A DNA stretch of 64,000 nucleotides, from the NCBI GenBank assembly GCA_001600695.1, contig BCKQ01000004.1, positions 417,583 to 481,582 of the forward strand, given 5' to 3'. Positions 1-10,442 of the stretch are shown in pieces. How positions within the stretch are numbered: the first letter of the stretch is position 1; the number at the start of each line of letters is the position of its first letter. The translations under genes were made by a program, and so were the position numbers. The notes under the pieces were generated by a model. The model was given only the letters and a program-made list of their open reading frames with translations, made no database searches and was not told the origin of the DNA. Origin of the DNA: Ascoidea asiatica JCM 7603 (lineage: Eukaryota > Fungi > Ascomycota).

Positions 1-761
1 TCATCATCATAATCATCATCATTTTTTGAAGAATCTTCACCATAATATTTATAACCACCTGGAGTTGAATTTATATTAATATTATTTTGAATTAAAATTT
101 TTTCTAATTTTTTTCTTTGTAAAATTTGCCATCTTGATAATTTTGCATAATCATGTAATTGAAAACCAAAAATTTTTGGTATATATTTTTTTGTTGGATG
201 TGAAGGTACTAAATTTGGATAAGTTTGAAAAAACATACCTGGGAAACTAGTACCAAAAAAAGCACCATCAATTTTACTATGTCTTGAAGATTTTGGATTA
301 TAAATATCTTCACAACTTGGACAATATAATTTAACAGGTTGTAATTTTGGTTGATCATTTAAACCAATTGGTAATAAAGGTTGTAAATTACAATAAACTC
401 TTTGACAATAACCAAAATCACCACTTTTATATTTTTCTAACATTTTTTGTAAACCACGAGAAGTTATAATATAACGTGCATGAATTAAACCATATAAATA
501 TCTTGCTTGAGATTCCATTTGTTCTCTAATTCTTGAAGGTTCACTATCATCAATTTTAAAATTATCAGTAATTATATCAATTATATATGAAAGTCTATCA
601 ACTTCATTATTAAGACCAGTTAAATTAAATCTATCAGTTATATATTCTAAATCAATATCACAAAAATATTCATTTCCTTTAGTACCTAAGAACCAATCTA
701 CCCAATATTCAGTTGCATCACTTGAGAAATCTTCCATATTTAAAGTATCTGGATCTGCCAT
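1..761 (-). CDS. CKB2: Casein kinase II regulatory subunit beta' (partial; runs off the window start; absent from the ORF track)
   Basis: Manual translation from ATG at 761: MADPDTLNMEDFSSDATEYWVDWFLGTKGNEYFCDIDLEYITDRFNL...LYGLIHARYIIT..GLQKM...FGYCQRVYC...LYCPSCEDIY...DGAFFGTSFPGMF...KIFGF. These are CK2-beta hallmarks, closest to the yeast Ckb2 type. No stop codon before base 1. Confidence 0.93.
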   Translation of the reverse strand, partial: MADPDTLNMEDFSSDATEYWVDWFLGTKGNEYFCDIDLEYITDRFNLTGLNNEVDRLSYIIDIITDNFKIDDSEPSRIREQMESQARYLYGLIHARYIITSRGLQKMLEKYKSGDFGYCQRVYCNLQPLLPIGLNDQPKLQPVKLYCPSCEDIYNPKSSRHSKIDGAFFGTSFPGMFFQTYPNLVPSHPTKKYIPKIFGFQLHDYAKLSRWQILQRKKLEKILIQNNININSTPGGYKYYGEDSSKNDDDYDD

Positions 762-1940
762 AACTTAAAGTTATCAGTATTATTAATATTGTTATTGTTA
801 ATGTTATTATTATTATTATTATTATATTTGTGTTTATAATAATTAACTTAATCACAATTACAATACTACTATGGGTATTACTACCTATTATTCTATTACT
901 TCTACTACGTAATTGAATACACTTTTTTTTTTTCATATTCAACAGACCTCTCTTTCGTAACTCACAAGTGAGGGTCTTATCCCTATCCATACTAAATATT
1001 GAATATATTAGATATACTAGTACACGTGATACAAAATAATATACCATGCGCCGTATACTAGCCACTAAATTAAAATACGCCACTACTTACAAAAAAGCAA
1101 AGTCACCTGACATTTCACGTGTCGTCATAAAATAGTTTAAATTTTAAAGAAAGTACGGATGCGGCTAACGGATAAAGCATTCCCGGCTAACATAACAGAG
1201 TTGGCGGAACAGAAAGCGGAAAGATAGGTGATTAATAAGCGGGCGAGGAAGCCGTCGGGTGTGGTGCATGATTTAGAACAGAACTTAAAGCCCACGCTGT
1301 ACACGTAAATCTAAAATTATCAGCCACCTGCTTTGTGTCTGGAGCGCAATTGCAGTATATTTTGCTGGTTGCAGTATGGTTAGTATGTTTAGGTTGGTGA
1401 ACCAGTGAATGCAGCATCGCTCTTGCTCCAATTGTCGTTTAAAACAGAGCATCCCAATATAATAACACAATAATAACACAATAATAACACAATAATAATA
1501 CAAAAATATAATAATAAGAAGTATTGACAATGTGAACAACTTCCAATTAAGAGTCCATTTTAATGTACCTGCTTTTATTTATCACTAACTTTACTGCGGT
1601 TTTTCAACAGTAAAGCTTGTAAAAGTACTTTATTAATCTAGTACTGTTTATTCTAAAATTGGATTTTCACTAAGGAAAAGTAACTAAATATTTTTATTAT
1701 TATTTATTCTTTCGACAACGATGAAATAATCAAATAATCAAATAATCAAATAATGAAGTAATGAAATAATGAAATAATGATTATATAAATATCTTCATTT
1801 ATCTTTACTTTTCGAAATCAATTCATTATTATTTCAAAAATTTGGTCTTTTTCTTTCTTTTATTCCTCTCTCTTTTATGATCTAAGATTTCAGGGGTTAC
1901 CATTCCTTTATTTACTTAATCAAATAATAAAAAGATCAAA

Positions 1941-2875
1941 ATGTACAATAATAAAGAAGATTGTAAGTTATATTAATTCATTTTTACTCAAAAGAATTAA
2001 ATAAATTCATACTAACAGTTTATAAATATAAATATAAATTTTATAATTTAGTTGAATATGAATTAATTGTTGTTCAACATCCAGAAAAATCAAGAATGTG
2101 TGGTTTAGGTGATAAAGATAAAAGAAATGTATCTCCACCATCATGTATAAAATTAATTTTAAAAGATAAATTAACAAAAAAAATTATACCTTCAACAAAT
2201 ATTCTTGATTATAGAAATTTTATTTTAATTGCTCAATTATGGGATTCAGATAAAAATATTGATTTAAGTATAGTTAATTCAATTAATCCAATTAATCCTA
2301 TAAATCAATCAACTCAATTGAATTCAAATAAATATAATTTGAATATAATAAATTTAAAAAATGATTCTAATAAATATCAGAATAAAGTTTCAAAAATAAA
2401 TAAAAAACAAATCACAATTAAAAAACCAAAAATAAATTCAAATACTTATATTTATAATAATAATTTAAAAGATAAATCACTTAAATTCGAAAATGGTCCA
2501 TTAAGAAACTTAAATGGTGAAATTGTTAAAAATGCAAATCTTATTAAAGATTTATCTGGTAATTATGGCTTATGGTTCATATTTCCTGAAATTTGTGTAA
2601 GAGTTGAAGGTTCTTTTAGATTTAAATTTTCTTTATTTAAAATTGATCAATTTAATAATAATAATAATAATAATAATAAAATAAATAATCAAAATAATAT
2701 TTCAATTTCAAATTCATTATCTGAAATTTTTACAAATTCTTTTAATGTTTATATTCCAAAAGAATTTCCTGGTGTAAATAAAAGTAGTGATTTAATTAAA
2801 TGTTTTGCCACTCAAGGAATTAAAATTCCAATACGAAATAGAGAAAGAAAAAAAAAACAAAAAAATAAAATTTAG
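1941..2875 (+). CDS. Velvet-domain protein, VelB-like (copy 1); two exons, 1941-1962 and 2052-2875, about 281 aa
   Basis: Spliced N-terminus MYNNKEDFEYELIVVQHPEKSRMCGLGDKDKRNVSPPSCIKL. C-half has RNLNG...GLWFIFPEICVRVEGSFRFKFSL and FPGVNKSSDLIKCFATQGIKIPIR, matching the VelB velvet signature. The ORF track starts at an internal Met (2096). Confidence 0.88.
1963..2051 (+). other. Spliceosomal intron (89 nt) in velvet copy 1
   Basis: GTAAGT donor at 1963, perfect TACTAAC at 2010-2016, TAG acceptor ending at 2051. Removal joins ATG1941 in frame to the conserved YELIVVQHP velvet start. Confidence 0.85.
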
Positions 2876-3318
2876 TAAAACCTATACTATCATATCACTT
2901 CTCTTCTTTCTTTCTTTCTTTTCTTCTTTATCTTCTTATTCAATTTATTCGTGTTTTATTCTTTCATTATTCTTTCATTATTCTTTCATTATTCTATCAT
3001 TATTATTATAATCCTTCTATCATTATTATTATAATCTTTATATCATTATTATTTTCTATTCATTTTTCGATCTGTAATTTATTTTCCGTAGAGATTTATT
3101 TGTCTTTATTCATGCGAGTGTGTAACGTTAACGATAACGTCAAAAAAACAATACCGCAACGTTAACTTTACAATGAAATGAAATCAAATGAAATCAAATC
3201 AAATGAAATCAAAGTCAAGACAAGTCTTACAAGAATAACAATATCATTAGAAAATAAAGATAAATATATAATCACTAGATTCAATAACAATCAATCAATC
3301 TTTAATTCATTAGAAACA

Positions 3319-3543
3319 ATGGCAGAAACTGATCACAATGATTCATATTCTATAGCTACCTCTGCTGCTGCTTCATTATCTCAATTAACTATAACTTCCT
3401 TAAATACAATCAATAACAATGATCAATCTTCTAACAATGATGGAAATTCATTAAAAGATTCAAATAAATTATCAAGTTCTTCATTAAACCATCAACCTTC
3501 GGAATCTAATCTTGAAAATAATCAAAACAATGCTAATAATAGT

Positions 3544-3578
<35 letters not shown>

Positions 3579-3909
3579 TAATAATGATAATAATGATAAT
3601 AAGGAAGAAGAAAATGAAAATGATGATCCTTTAAATGTTAAAAAATTAGCATTAAATTTTGATTATTTAATTTTCAAAATAAATGATCGTATTAAATCAT
3701 TAGCTGAAAAAACTGAATTAAGTGTTTCAAATAAACAAAAAAATATTAATATTTATATAGAAAATGAAATTGATATTGAAATTGAGAAATATAAAATTTT
3801 AAATAATGATTTAAATGAAATTTTAAATGATTTTCAAAAAGTTAAACAAATTGGTATAATTGTTGATGATTTTAAACAAAGAATTAAATCTTTAGAATCA
3901 AATATATAA
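3319..3909 (+). CDS. CNL1: BLOC-1 complex subunit Cnl1
   Basis: C-terminal DPLNVKKLALNFDYLIFKINDRI...IENEIDIEIEKYK...IIVDDFKQRI resembles yeast Cnl1. Start placed at MAETDH (3319) because the ORF-track ATG at 3178 lies in an AAATG/AAATC repeat. Confidence 0.72.
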
Positions 3910-4106
3910 AATAAAATAAATTAATATAAAATTCACTTAAGCGCTTATATTTCTAATATTCTCTCATTTTCTTCGTTTTCTTCATTTTCTTCAATTTGCT
4001 CACTTTTTTTCATATAAAACAATATTTATTTAACAAATTATTTCAATTAAGCGCCAATAAAATAAATTCATTATTATCATTACATTTATATTAAATTCTT
4101 ATAAAA

Positions 4107-6131
4107 ATGACAATTAAATTAATTTCAGATGAAATATCAAAATCTATTTTAGCTTCTTCCTCACTTTTTTCTTCAGTTTCAATTATTAAAGAATTAATTG
4201 AAAATTCAATTGATGCAAATTCAACAATAATTATAATTGAATATGATTCGATTTCTGCTGGTTTAAATTATATATCTATTAAAGATAATGGTATTGGAAT
4301 TTCAAAAATTGATAGAAGTTTAGTTTGTTATAATTCAACAACTTCAAAAATTAATAAATTTAATGAAATTAATTTATCTTTAAATTCTTTAGGTTTTAGA
4401 GGTCAAGCTTTAAATTTCATTAGTTCAATTTCAAATATTAATTTAATTTCAAAAACTTCAAAAGATTTAATTTGTGAAAAATGGTCAATTGATAAATTTG
4501 GTAAACCAATTAAAAATTCATTTAAAAATTTATCTGGAAATACAGGTACAACAATAATTATTAAAGATGTTTTTAATGGATTTCCAATAAGAAAAAAATT
4601 TTTATTAAAAAAAGTTTCTTTATTAAATTTAAATATTAAAAAATTAATTATAAATTATAGTTTATTACGAAATAATATCAAATTTATATTAAAATCAGTT
4701 AATTTCAAAAATTCAAATTCAAAAAATATTATTTATAATAATGATAAATATAAAGATTTGATAATAAATCCAAATACTAATCGAAAACCAATTTTTTTAA
4801 ATATTTTAAATATTTTGAATACTAATATGGATACAAAAGTGAAATTAAATTTAAATGCAAACCTAATTGAATTAAAAGATTTTGAATTCAGTATTATCAA
4901 TGATAACAATAAAGAAAGTTTTTGGAAAATTAGTTTTATTTTACCTAAAAAAAATTATTTAAAAGCTATCTCAAATTTAAAACCATTAATGGTTTTAGGA
5001 TTTAATAATAGATATTTAAATATTTCACTTTCATTTGGTAAAAAAATTCAAAATTTATTCAAAGAAATATATGAAAATAAATTAAATTTATGGTTTTTAA
5101 ATTTAAAATGTTTAAATTATTTAGAAGGTGATTTAAATATTGAGCCTGAAAAAGATGATATAATTATAAATGATATTGAAATTATTCTTGTAAAAATATC
5201 AGAAATAATTAAGAGTATTAGTGAAGAGAAAGGTAATATAGTAAAAGATTTAAAGGAATCAGATGATTCTTATAACAGTAGAGAAAATAAAATTATCATA
5301 AGAAATTTTTTAGAAAATGAAATTGATAAAGGCATTTTCAAACAAAGAGAATTAAATTCACTGTCAAATACAAATGAAGATTTAAAAATCAAAGAAATTT
5401 TAACTGTAGAAAGATCTTCCACACTTTTATTACTGAATGAAAAAAAACAAATTGAAGAGATACTGGAGGAAGAGGAACCAGAACAAAAAATAGAGTTAAT
5501 AGAAGATAAAGATAAATCAATTGATGATGAAAAAGATTGGAGTTTTAATATGATTGATAGCGTTATGAGTGAAGAAAGCTCATTGATTGAAAATGAAAAT
5601 GAATTAGAATATACTTTTAATAATAATACAACATTTTTTGAAAATGAAGAGGATCTTAATGAAGATTTTAAAATTTCAAAAAATTTAACAATTTCTAATC
5701 CATTTATTCTTTTTAAAATGAATCAATCAGATTCAATAATTTCTGAGAAAAATTTCAAAAAATTAAAAAAAAGAAAATCAAAAGAATTTGAATTAGAAAA
5801 TGTAAGTCAAATTGAATTACCGAATAAAATTCAAAAATTTAATAAAAATAAAAAGAATAAGTTAAATAAATTTGAAAAAATTCTTGATATTAAATCTATA
5901 AATTTTGAAACAAATAAATTTAATAATTGGAAAGAAGAATTAATCAAACTTTCAAGGAATAAGAAATTTGAATTGTTCTTAGAAAGCTCTTTTGATCTTG
6001 ATTTAAATTACAATAATAAAAATAATGCTGATAAGAATATTCATGAATTATTTAATTCAATTGGAAGAATTACTGAAATTAAATTGAGTAAGGAAGGATG
6101 GAATTCAATTGAGATTTCACCAGAGCCATAA
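4107..6131 (+). CDS. MLH2: MutL-family mismatch repair protein, Mlh2-like
   Basis: GHKL ATPase motifs KELIENSIDA, DNGIGI, TSK, GFRGQAL, GTT. No DQHA(X)2E(X)4E endonuclease motif (Pms1/Mlh3) and no C-terminal FERC (Mlh1), so Mlh2-type by exclusion. Confidence 0.7.
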   Translation: MTIKLISDEISKSILASSSLFSSVSIIKELIENSIDANSTIIIIEYDSISAGLNYISIKDNGIGISKIDRSLVCYNSTTSKINKFNEINLSLNSLGFRGQALNFISSISNINLISKTSKDLICEKWSIDKFGKPIKNSFKNLSGNTGTTIIIKDVFNGFPIRKKFLLKKVSLLNLNIKKLIINYSLLRNNIKFILKSVNFKNSNSKNIIYNNDKYKDLIINPNTNRKPIFLNILNILNTNMDTKVKLNLNANLIELKDFEFSIINDNNKESFWKISFILPKKNYLKAISNLKPLMVLGFNNRYLNISLSFGKKIQNLFKEIYENKLNLWFLNLKCLNYLEGDLNIEPEKDDIIINDIEIILVKISEIIKSISEEKGNIVKDLKESDDSYNSRENKIIIRNFLENEIDKGIFKQRELNSLSNTNEDLKIKEILTVERSSTLLLLNEKKQIEEILEEEEPEQKIELIEDKDKSIDDEKDWSFNMIDSVMSEESSLIENENELEYTFNNNTTFFENEEDLNEDFKISKNLTISNPFILFKMNQSDSIISEKNFKKLKKRKSKEFELENVSQIELPNKIQKFNKNKKNKLNKFEKILDIKSINFETNKFNNWKEELIKLSRNKKFELFLESSFDLDLNYNNKNNADKNIHELFNSIGRITEIKLSKEGWNSIEISPEP

Positions 6132-7235
6132 GTTTGGAAAGACCCTGTAAAAACAAAATATATAACAATAATTGAAATTTTCTTTTTTTTTAATCATTCC
6201 TAAAACGGGTTAACAAAGTAATAAAATTGAGTTACTATGCAATATTGAATATATGTTTCAAGAGGGTAACATTATAACAGTATTTGGTTAACGTTAAGGG
6301 CTTGCCTTAAAAACTTACGTTAATTAGCTGAGTACGTAACCCAAGCCTGTTTGTATACAAAAGGAAGTTGCCCGATTACATTCGGGGCACCAGATAATAT
6401 TAACATTTAATATATATGAAACTAAGCGATATTCAGATTGTTAAAGACAGCCCCTGAGGTCTCAAGTGTCCTAAGAGCGCCAACGTTAGTGTTTTTCAAA
6501 CATAGCAAATTATCGAGGTATTGAATTATTGAAGTGCTGATAAGACAATATCCAGCAAAAATAATCTCACCATAATCTTAGATATTCTGTCCTGAAGTTG
6601 CAGAATGAGTCCGTATTAGGGGTTAGGGCACCTTTTTGAAGGACTCACAGAGCACGGTGCTGGTCTACGGTAGAACAGTATGAAACTTCTGAGACTCTCC
6701 AGTAGGGTTGGCCATGTGAGAGGCCACAATGACGTTAAAGTTATGTACATTATTACCTCACCAAGTGCAACAGCGGTGTTCAGGTAATTCCATTCTGATA
6801 AACTGCAATCAACCACTGGCTTCTTCATTCAGGTTATCAGAACAAATCGGTGATCGGAAATGTATACTGTATCCTATCTAAGCAGCACGGAAAAGTTTCA
6901 GATTTGATTCAGAATCCCAGATAAGACAGGTAGCAGTAATTGATTTTTATCTGGCGGGTCCAAAAGAAGTCAGCTTGAGTCACTTCCGCCTACAAACAGT
7001 TCACGGAGAATAAAACAGTCCAGATCAGCTGGTAAGCTGGTAAAAAAACTACCAAAAATATGTCAGGTCTGACGGAGCTGTCTTTTTGCACCACCGAAAC
7101 GTCACTAATCCGATCACGCTTCAGGTCTTAGTGCTGTAGCGAATACAACGTTACCAAGGTCACAAACCAGAATTTGCTTTACGCCACGCCACTAGCCGAA
7201 TGGAATTGGGTAAGTGCAAAAAACAAGGGCTGTGC

Positions 7236-7447
7236 TTACGTCATTGTGGGCGGTGCAAATCACGGGAGGTTAGCTGCGGTCGACAACAGTGGAGCCAGGT
7301 CTGGGTAGGTTTCGACGGAGCCCCGGCAACAGACTTTCCGCTGTATTACTGTGCATTATGCTGTGCAAATATGGGCTCCTGCGTTGCTGGCGCTGCCGAG
7401 TCTACACAAAAAGTATTGCGGCACGCCAAAGCGCTTGATTTACGTCA
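7236..7447. promoter_or_regulatory. Two CRE-like TTACGTCA sites (ATF/CREB bZIP type) upstream of the HAD hydrolase
   Basis: TTACGTCA at 7236-7243 and 7440-7447 inside a GC-rich intergenic island. Confidence 0.4.
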
Positions 7448-8172
7448 AAAGTTGCACCGCATTCCTGGTTTCACTGAGTCTCAGTGGGTTTAGTAGCACT
7501 GAGCTTCACTACCGCAGTGCTTTTAACGTTTATCTTAGCTGAATTTCCCTGAAGAAAAAAGCAGGATTACATCACTACCCAGTTCCGATTGCCTATTGCG
7601 AGAGTTTTCGAGACTTTTCCTTTGAATAATACTATAAATCTCTATAATATTTTGAATCTTATGAATAAATAATATGAATATCTTGAATATCTTGAATATT
7701 TTTAATAATCTTTAATTATTATCGTATTATTACACTAATTATATCGCGATTCTTTTTACAAAAACTAAAATAAATGTTACATATCTTTTTTTACTTTTTT
7801 TTTTAGAAATATTCATAATTAATTCAATTTCTACATTAAAATTGAATTATTCCAATTGTATAAATACCGAGTAAAAGATTGCTTTATTTTTTTTATTATT
7901 GTTTAGTTTTCTGATTTTTTACTGATTTTATTTTTTTAATTTATTCATAAATTAATTATCGATATTTCAAAAAAATAAAACTTAAAATAAATCTTATAAT
8001 ATAAAATTTAAAAACTATTTCCGAAAAGAAGTTTTAGATTCATTACTCCTAGCAATTTATTTATATATATATTCAATTACACAAAACAAACATTATTTTC
8101 CAGTAAAATATTTTGTTCTGTAAAGTTTATATCTAATCATATCGATTAATATTATATCGACTTATTCGTCTT

Positions 8173-8194
8173 TGTGTGTGTGTGTGTGCGTGTG
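8173..8194. repeat. (TG)n microsatellite
   Basis: tgtgtgtgtgtgtgtgcgtgtg upstream of ATG 8328. Confidence 0.9.
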
Positions 8195-8327
8195 CTAACT
8201 ATTATTCACTGGACACTTTATTCAATTCATTTCTTTGATACAGCAACTATCATCTCAAACAAGTTTTAGAAACTATCTTATATTATATTATATTATTATT
8301 ATATATCTATAGGTATATATATATATA

Positions 8328-9899
8328 ATGGCTTCAAGTAATTCTCTTAGTACTGCATTATCAGATCTTTCAATGTCTTTTTCAAATCAAAATCAATCTA
8401 ATTTCGATAATCATGATCAAACTGCAAAAACAACTCCTAATACATCTCCAGCTTTTAAACCAAGTTTAAGTCATTCATATCTTAATAATGATGGTATAGA
8501 TGAAATGCAACCTTTAACTAGAAAAGAAAGAGTTTCTTCTTTATCACTTTCTGATCAATGGTCAAATAGTATGTCAAGATTAAATTCTGGTTCAATTTCA
8601 AGAAATTCAATGTCTAGAAATTCACTTTCAAGAAATTCTTCAAGTAAAATTAAAAATCGTATAAAAAAAATAAAAATTGATCATCCAAGAGTTGCTTCTT
8701 ATGCTTTTTGTTTTGATATTGATGGTGTTATAGTTAGAGGTCCAGATACAATACCAGAAGCAAAAACTGCTTTAAAAATGTTAAATGGTGAAAATCCTTA
8801 TAATATTAAAGTACCTTATATATTTGTAACAAATGGTGGTGGACGTTCTGAAAAAGCAAGATGTGAAGATTTATCAAAAAGATTAGAAATTGATGTTTCT
8901 CAAGATCAAGTTATTCAAGGTCATACTCCAATGAAAGATTTAATTGATGTTCATAATACTGTTTTAGTTGTTGGTGGGGTACGTGATGATTGTAGAAAAG
9001 TTGCTCTTGGTTATGGTTTTAAAGATGTTGTAACTCCATTAGATATAATGAAATGGAATCCAAGTGTAACTCCTTATCATACTTTAACTGATGATGAATT
9101 AAAATATACAATTGATAGAGATTTTAGTAAAACAAAAATTGATGCAATTTTAGTTTTTGCTGATTCAAGAAATTGGGCTGCAGATCAACAAATTATACTT
9201 GAATTACTTTTATCAAAACAAGGTTATATGGGTACTGCTTCTGAAACTTTTGAAGAAGGTCCAAATCTTTATTTTGCTCATTCTGATTTTGTTTGGGCAA
9301 CTAATTATAAACTTTCAAGATATGGTATGGGTGCTTTACAAGTTTCAATTGCTGCTCTTTATAGAGAACATACTGGTAAAGAATTAAAAGTTATAAGATT
9401 TGGTAAACCACAAAGAGGTACTTTTAAATATGTTAATAAAGTTTTAGGTAATTGGAGAAAAGATGTTTTAGAAGATCATGTTGAAAAATTTGATGATGAT
9501 GATGAACAAAATAATTCTGAAGAATCTTTATCTGATGAAGATGATGATGAACCTTTAACTATACAAAAATTATCTCAATTTTCTCAATTATCTCAATTAT
9601 CTTTAAATTTACCTCCTGCTTCAACAACTTATTTTGTTGGTGATACTCCTGAATCTGATATACGTTTTGCAAATTCTCATGATTCTTCATGGTTTTCAAT
9701 CTTAGTTAAAACTGGTGTTTATCAAGAAGGAACAACTCCACGTTATCAACCAAAACATACTTGTGAAAATGTCTTAGAAGCTGTTCAATTTGCTATAGAA
9801 AGAGAACATGAAAAAGAATTAACTGAATGGAATTCTGCTGCTTCAATAAATATAACAAATTCTCCAATGGATGATTTCGTAAAGGAAACTGTTGTTTAA
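8328..9899 (+). CDS. HAD-superfamily subfamily IIA hydrolase (CECR5/YKR070W-like)
   Basis: FCFDIDGV (motif I), FVTNGGG (II), FGKP (III), FVGDTPESDI (IV), SILVKTGVY. Ser-rich N-terminal extension. Confidence 0.9.
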   Translation: MASSNSLSTALSDLSMSFSNQNQSNFDNHDQTAKTTPNTSPAFKPSLSHSYLNNDGIDEMQPLTRKERVSSLSLSDQWSNSMSRLNSGSISRNSMSRNSLSRNSSSKIKNRIKKIKIDHPRVASYAFCFDIDGVIVRGPDTIPEAKTALKMLNGENPYNIKVPYIFVTNGGGRSEKARCEDLSKRLEIDVSQDQVIQGHTPMKDLIDVHNTVLVVGGVRDDCRKVALGYGFKDVVTPLDIMKWNPSVTPYHTLTDDELKYTIDRDFSKTKIDAILVFADSRNWAADQQIILELLLSKQGYMGTASETFEEGPNLYFAHSDFVWATNYKLSRYGMGALQVSIAALYREHTGKELKVIRFGKPQRGTFKYVNKVLGNWRKDVLEDHVEKFDDDDEQNNSEESLSDEDDDEPLTIQKLSQFSQLSQLSLNLPPASTTYFVGDTPESDIRFANSHDSSWFSILVKTGVYQEGTTPRYQPKHTCENVLEAVQFAIEREHEKELTEWNSAASINITNSPMDDFVKETVV

Positions 9900-10442
9900 A
9901 TATAAATTAAAATCAAAAGAGAATAAGATAAATGAAAATTTTTTTATAATTGGTTGGATAAATATTCAAACATACCTTTTACACTTCTTGCTTTTATCAA
10001 TTATTTTGGATTGCCATATTTTAATTTTGTTCTACTAGAACTAACTGGATTAGAATCTAGAAGCTAGAAACCTAAAATTAAAATATTGTCATTTTAAGTA
10101 TTTACTGTTTTCTATAACAAACATTATTATATTATCATTATTATAGATTCAGTTTATTTACTGTGTATGCATACTTAGAAATTAGAAAGTTAAATATATA
10201 TATTACGTAATACAATCATTTCAAATTCTGTAATTTGTTCTCCAGCGCCAGATTTCTGGTAGCCCTCGTAGATTCCTCAATCCGCCGAAGAAATCAGTCT
10301 TGGAATATATCGATTAACAATTGATCGATCATTATTCCCATTTATTTGATTTAAATTCATTTAGTATTATCAACAAATATAAAAGATTATTACAAATTGA
10401 GTAAATATCAAAATAACATAATAAGTACATTTCACAATAGAA

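Noticed and set aside
718-1539. ORFs 718-1083, 1232-1417 and 1285-1539 (-)
   Set aside because: 718-1083 is out of frame with CKB2 and crosses its leader repeats. The others lie in the promoter island, with no domain and no codon bias.
3178-3318. 47-aa N-terminal extension of CNL1 in the ORF track
   Set aside because: The ATG arises within an (AAATG/AAATC)n repeat, so it is more likely 5' leader. Not excluded without TSS data.
6616-6628. TTAGGGGTTAGGG as a telomere or telomerase template
   Set aside because: Only two imperfect units, the species' telomere repeat is unknown, and the one Sm-like motif (about 7052-7059, minus strand) is on the wrong side of it.
7200-7493. 97-aa Cys-rich ORF (metallothionein-like?)
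   Set aside because: GC-rich codons unlike every real gene here, no regular Cys pattern, and it overlaps CRE-like promoter motifs.
8100-8243. Possible 5'-UTR intron of the HAD gene (TGCTAAC at 8193-8199, CAG at 8241-8243)
   Set aside because: No convincing GTAAGT/GTATGT donor found upstream; needs RNA-seq.
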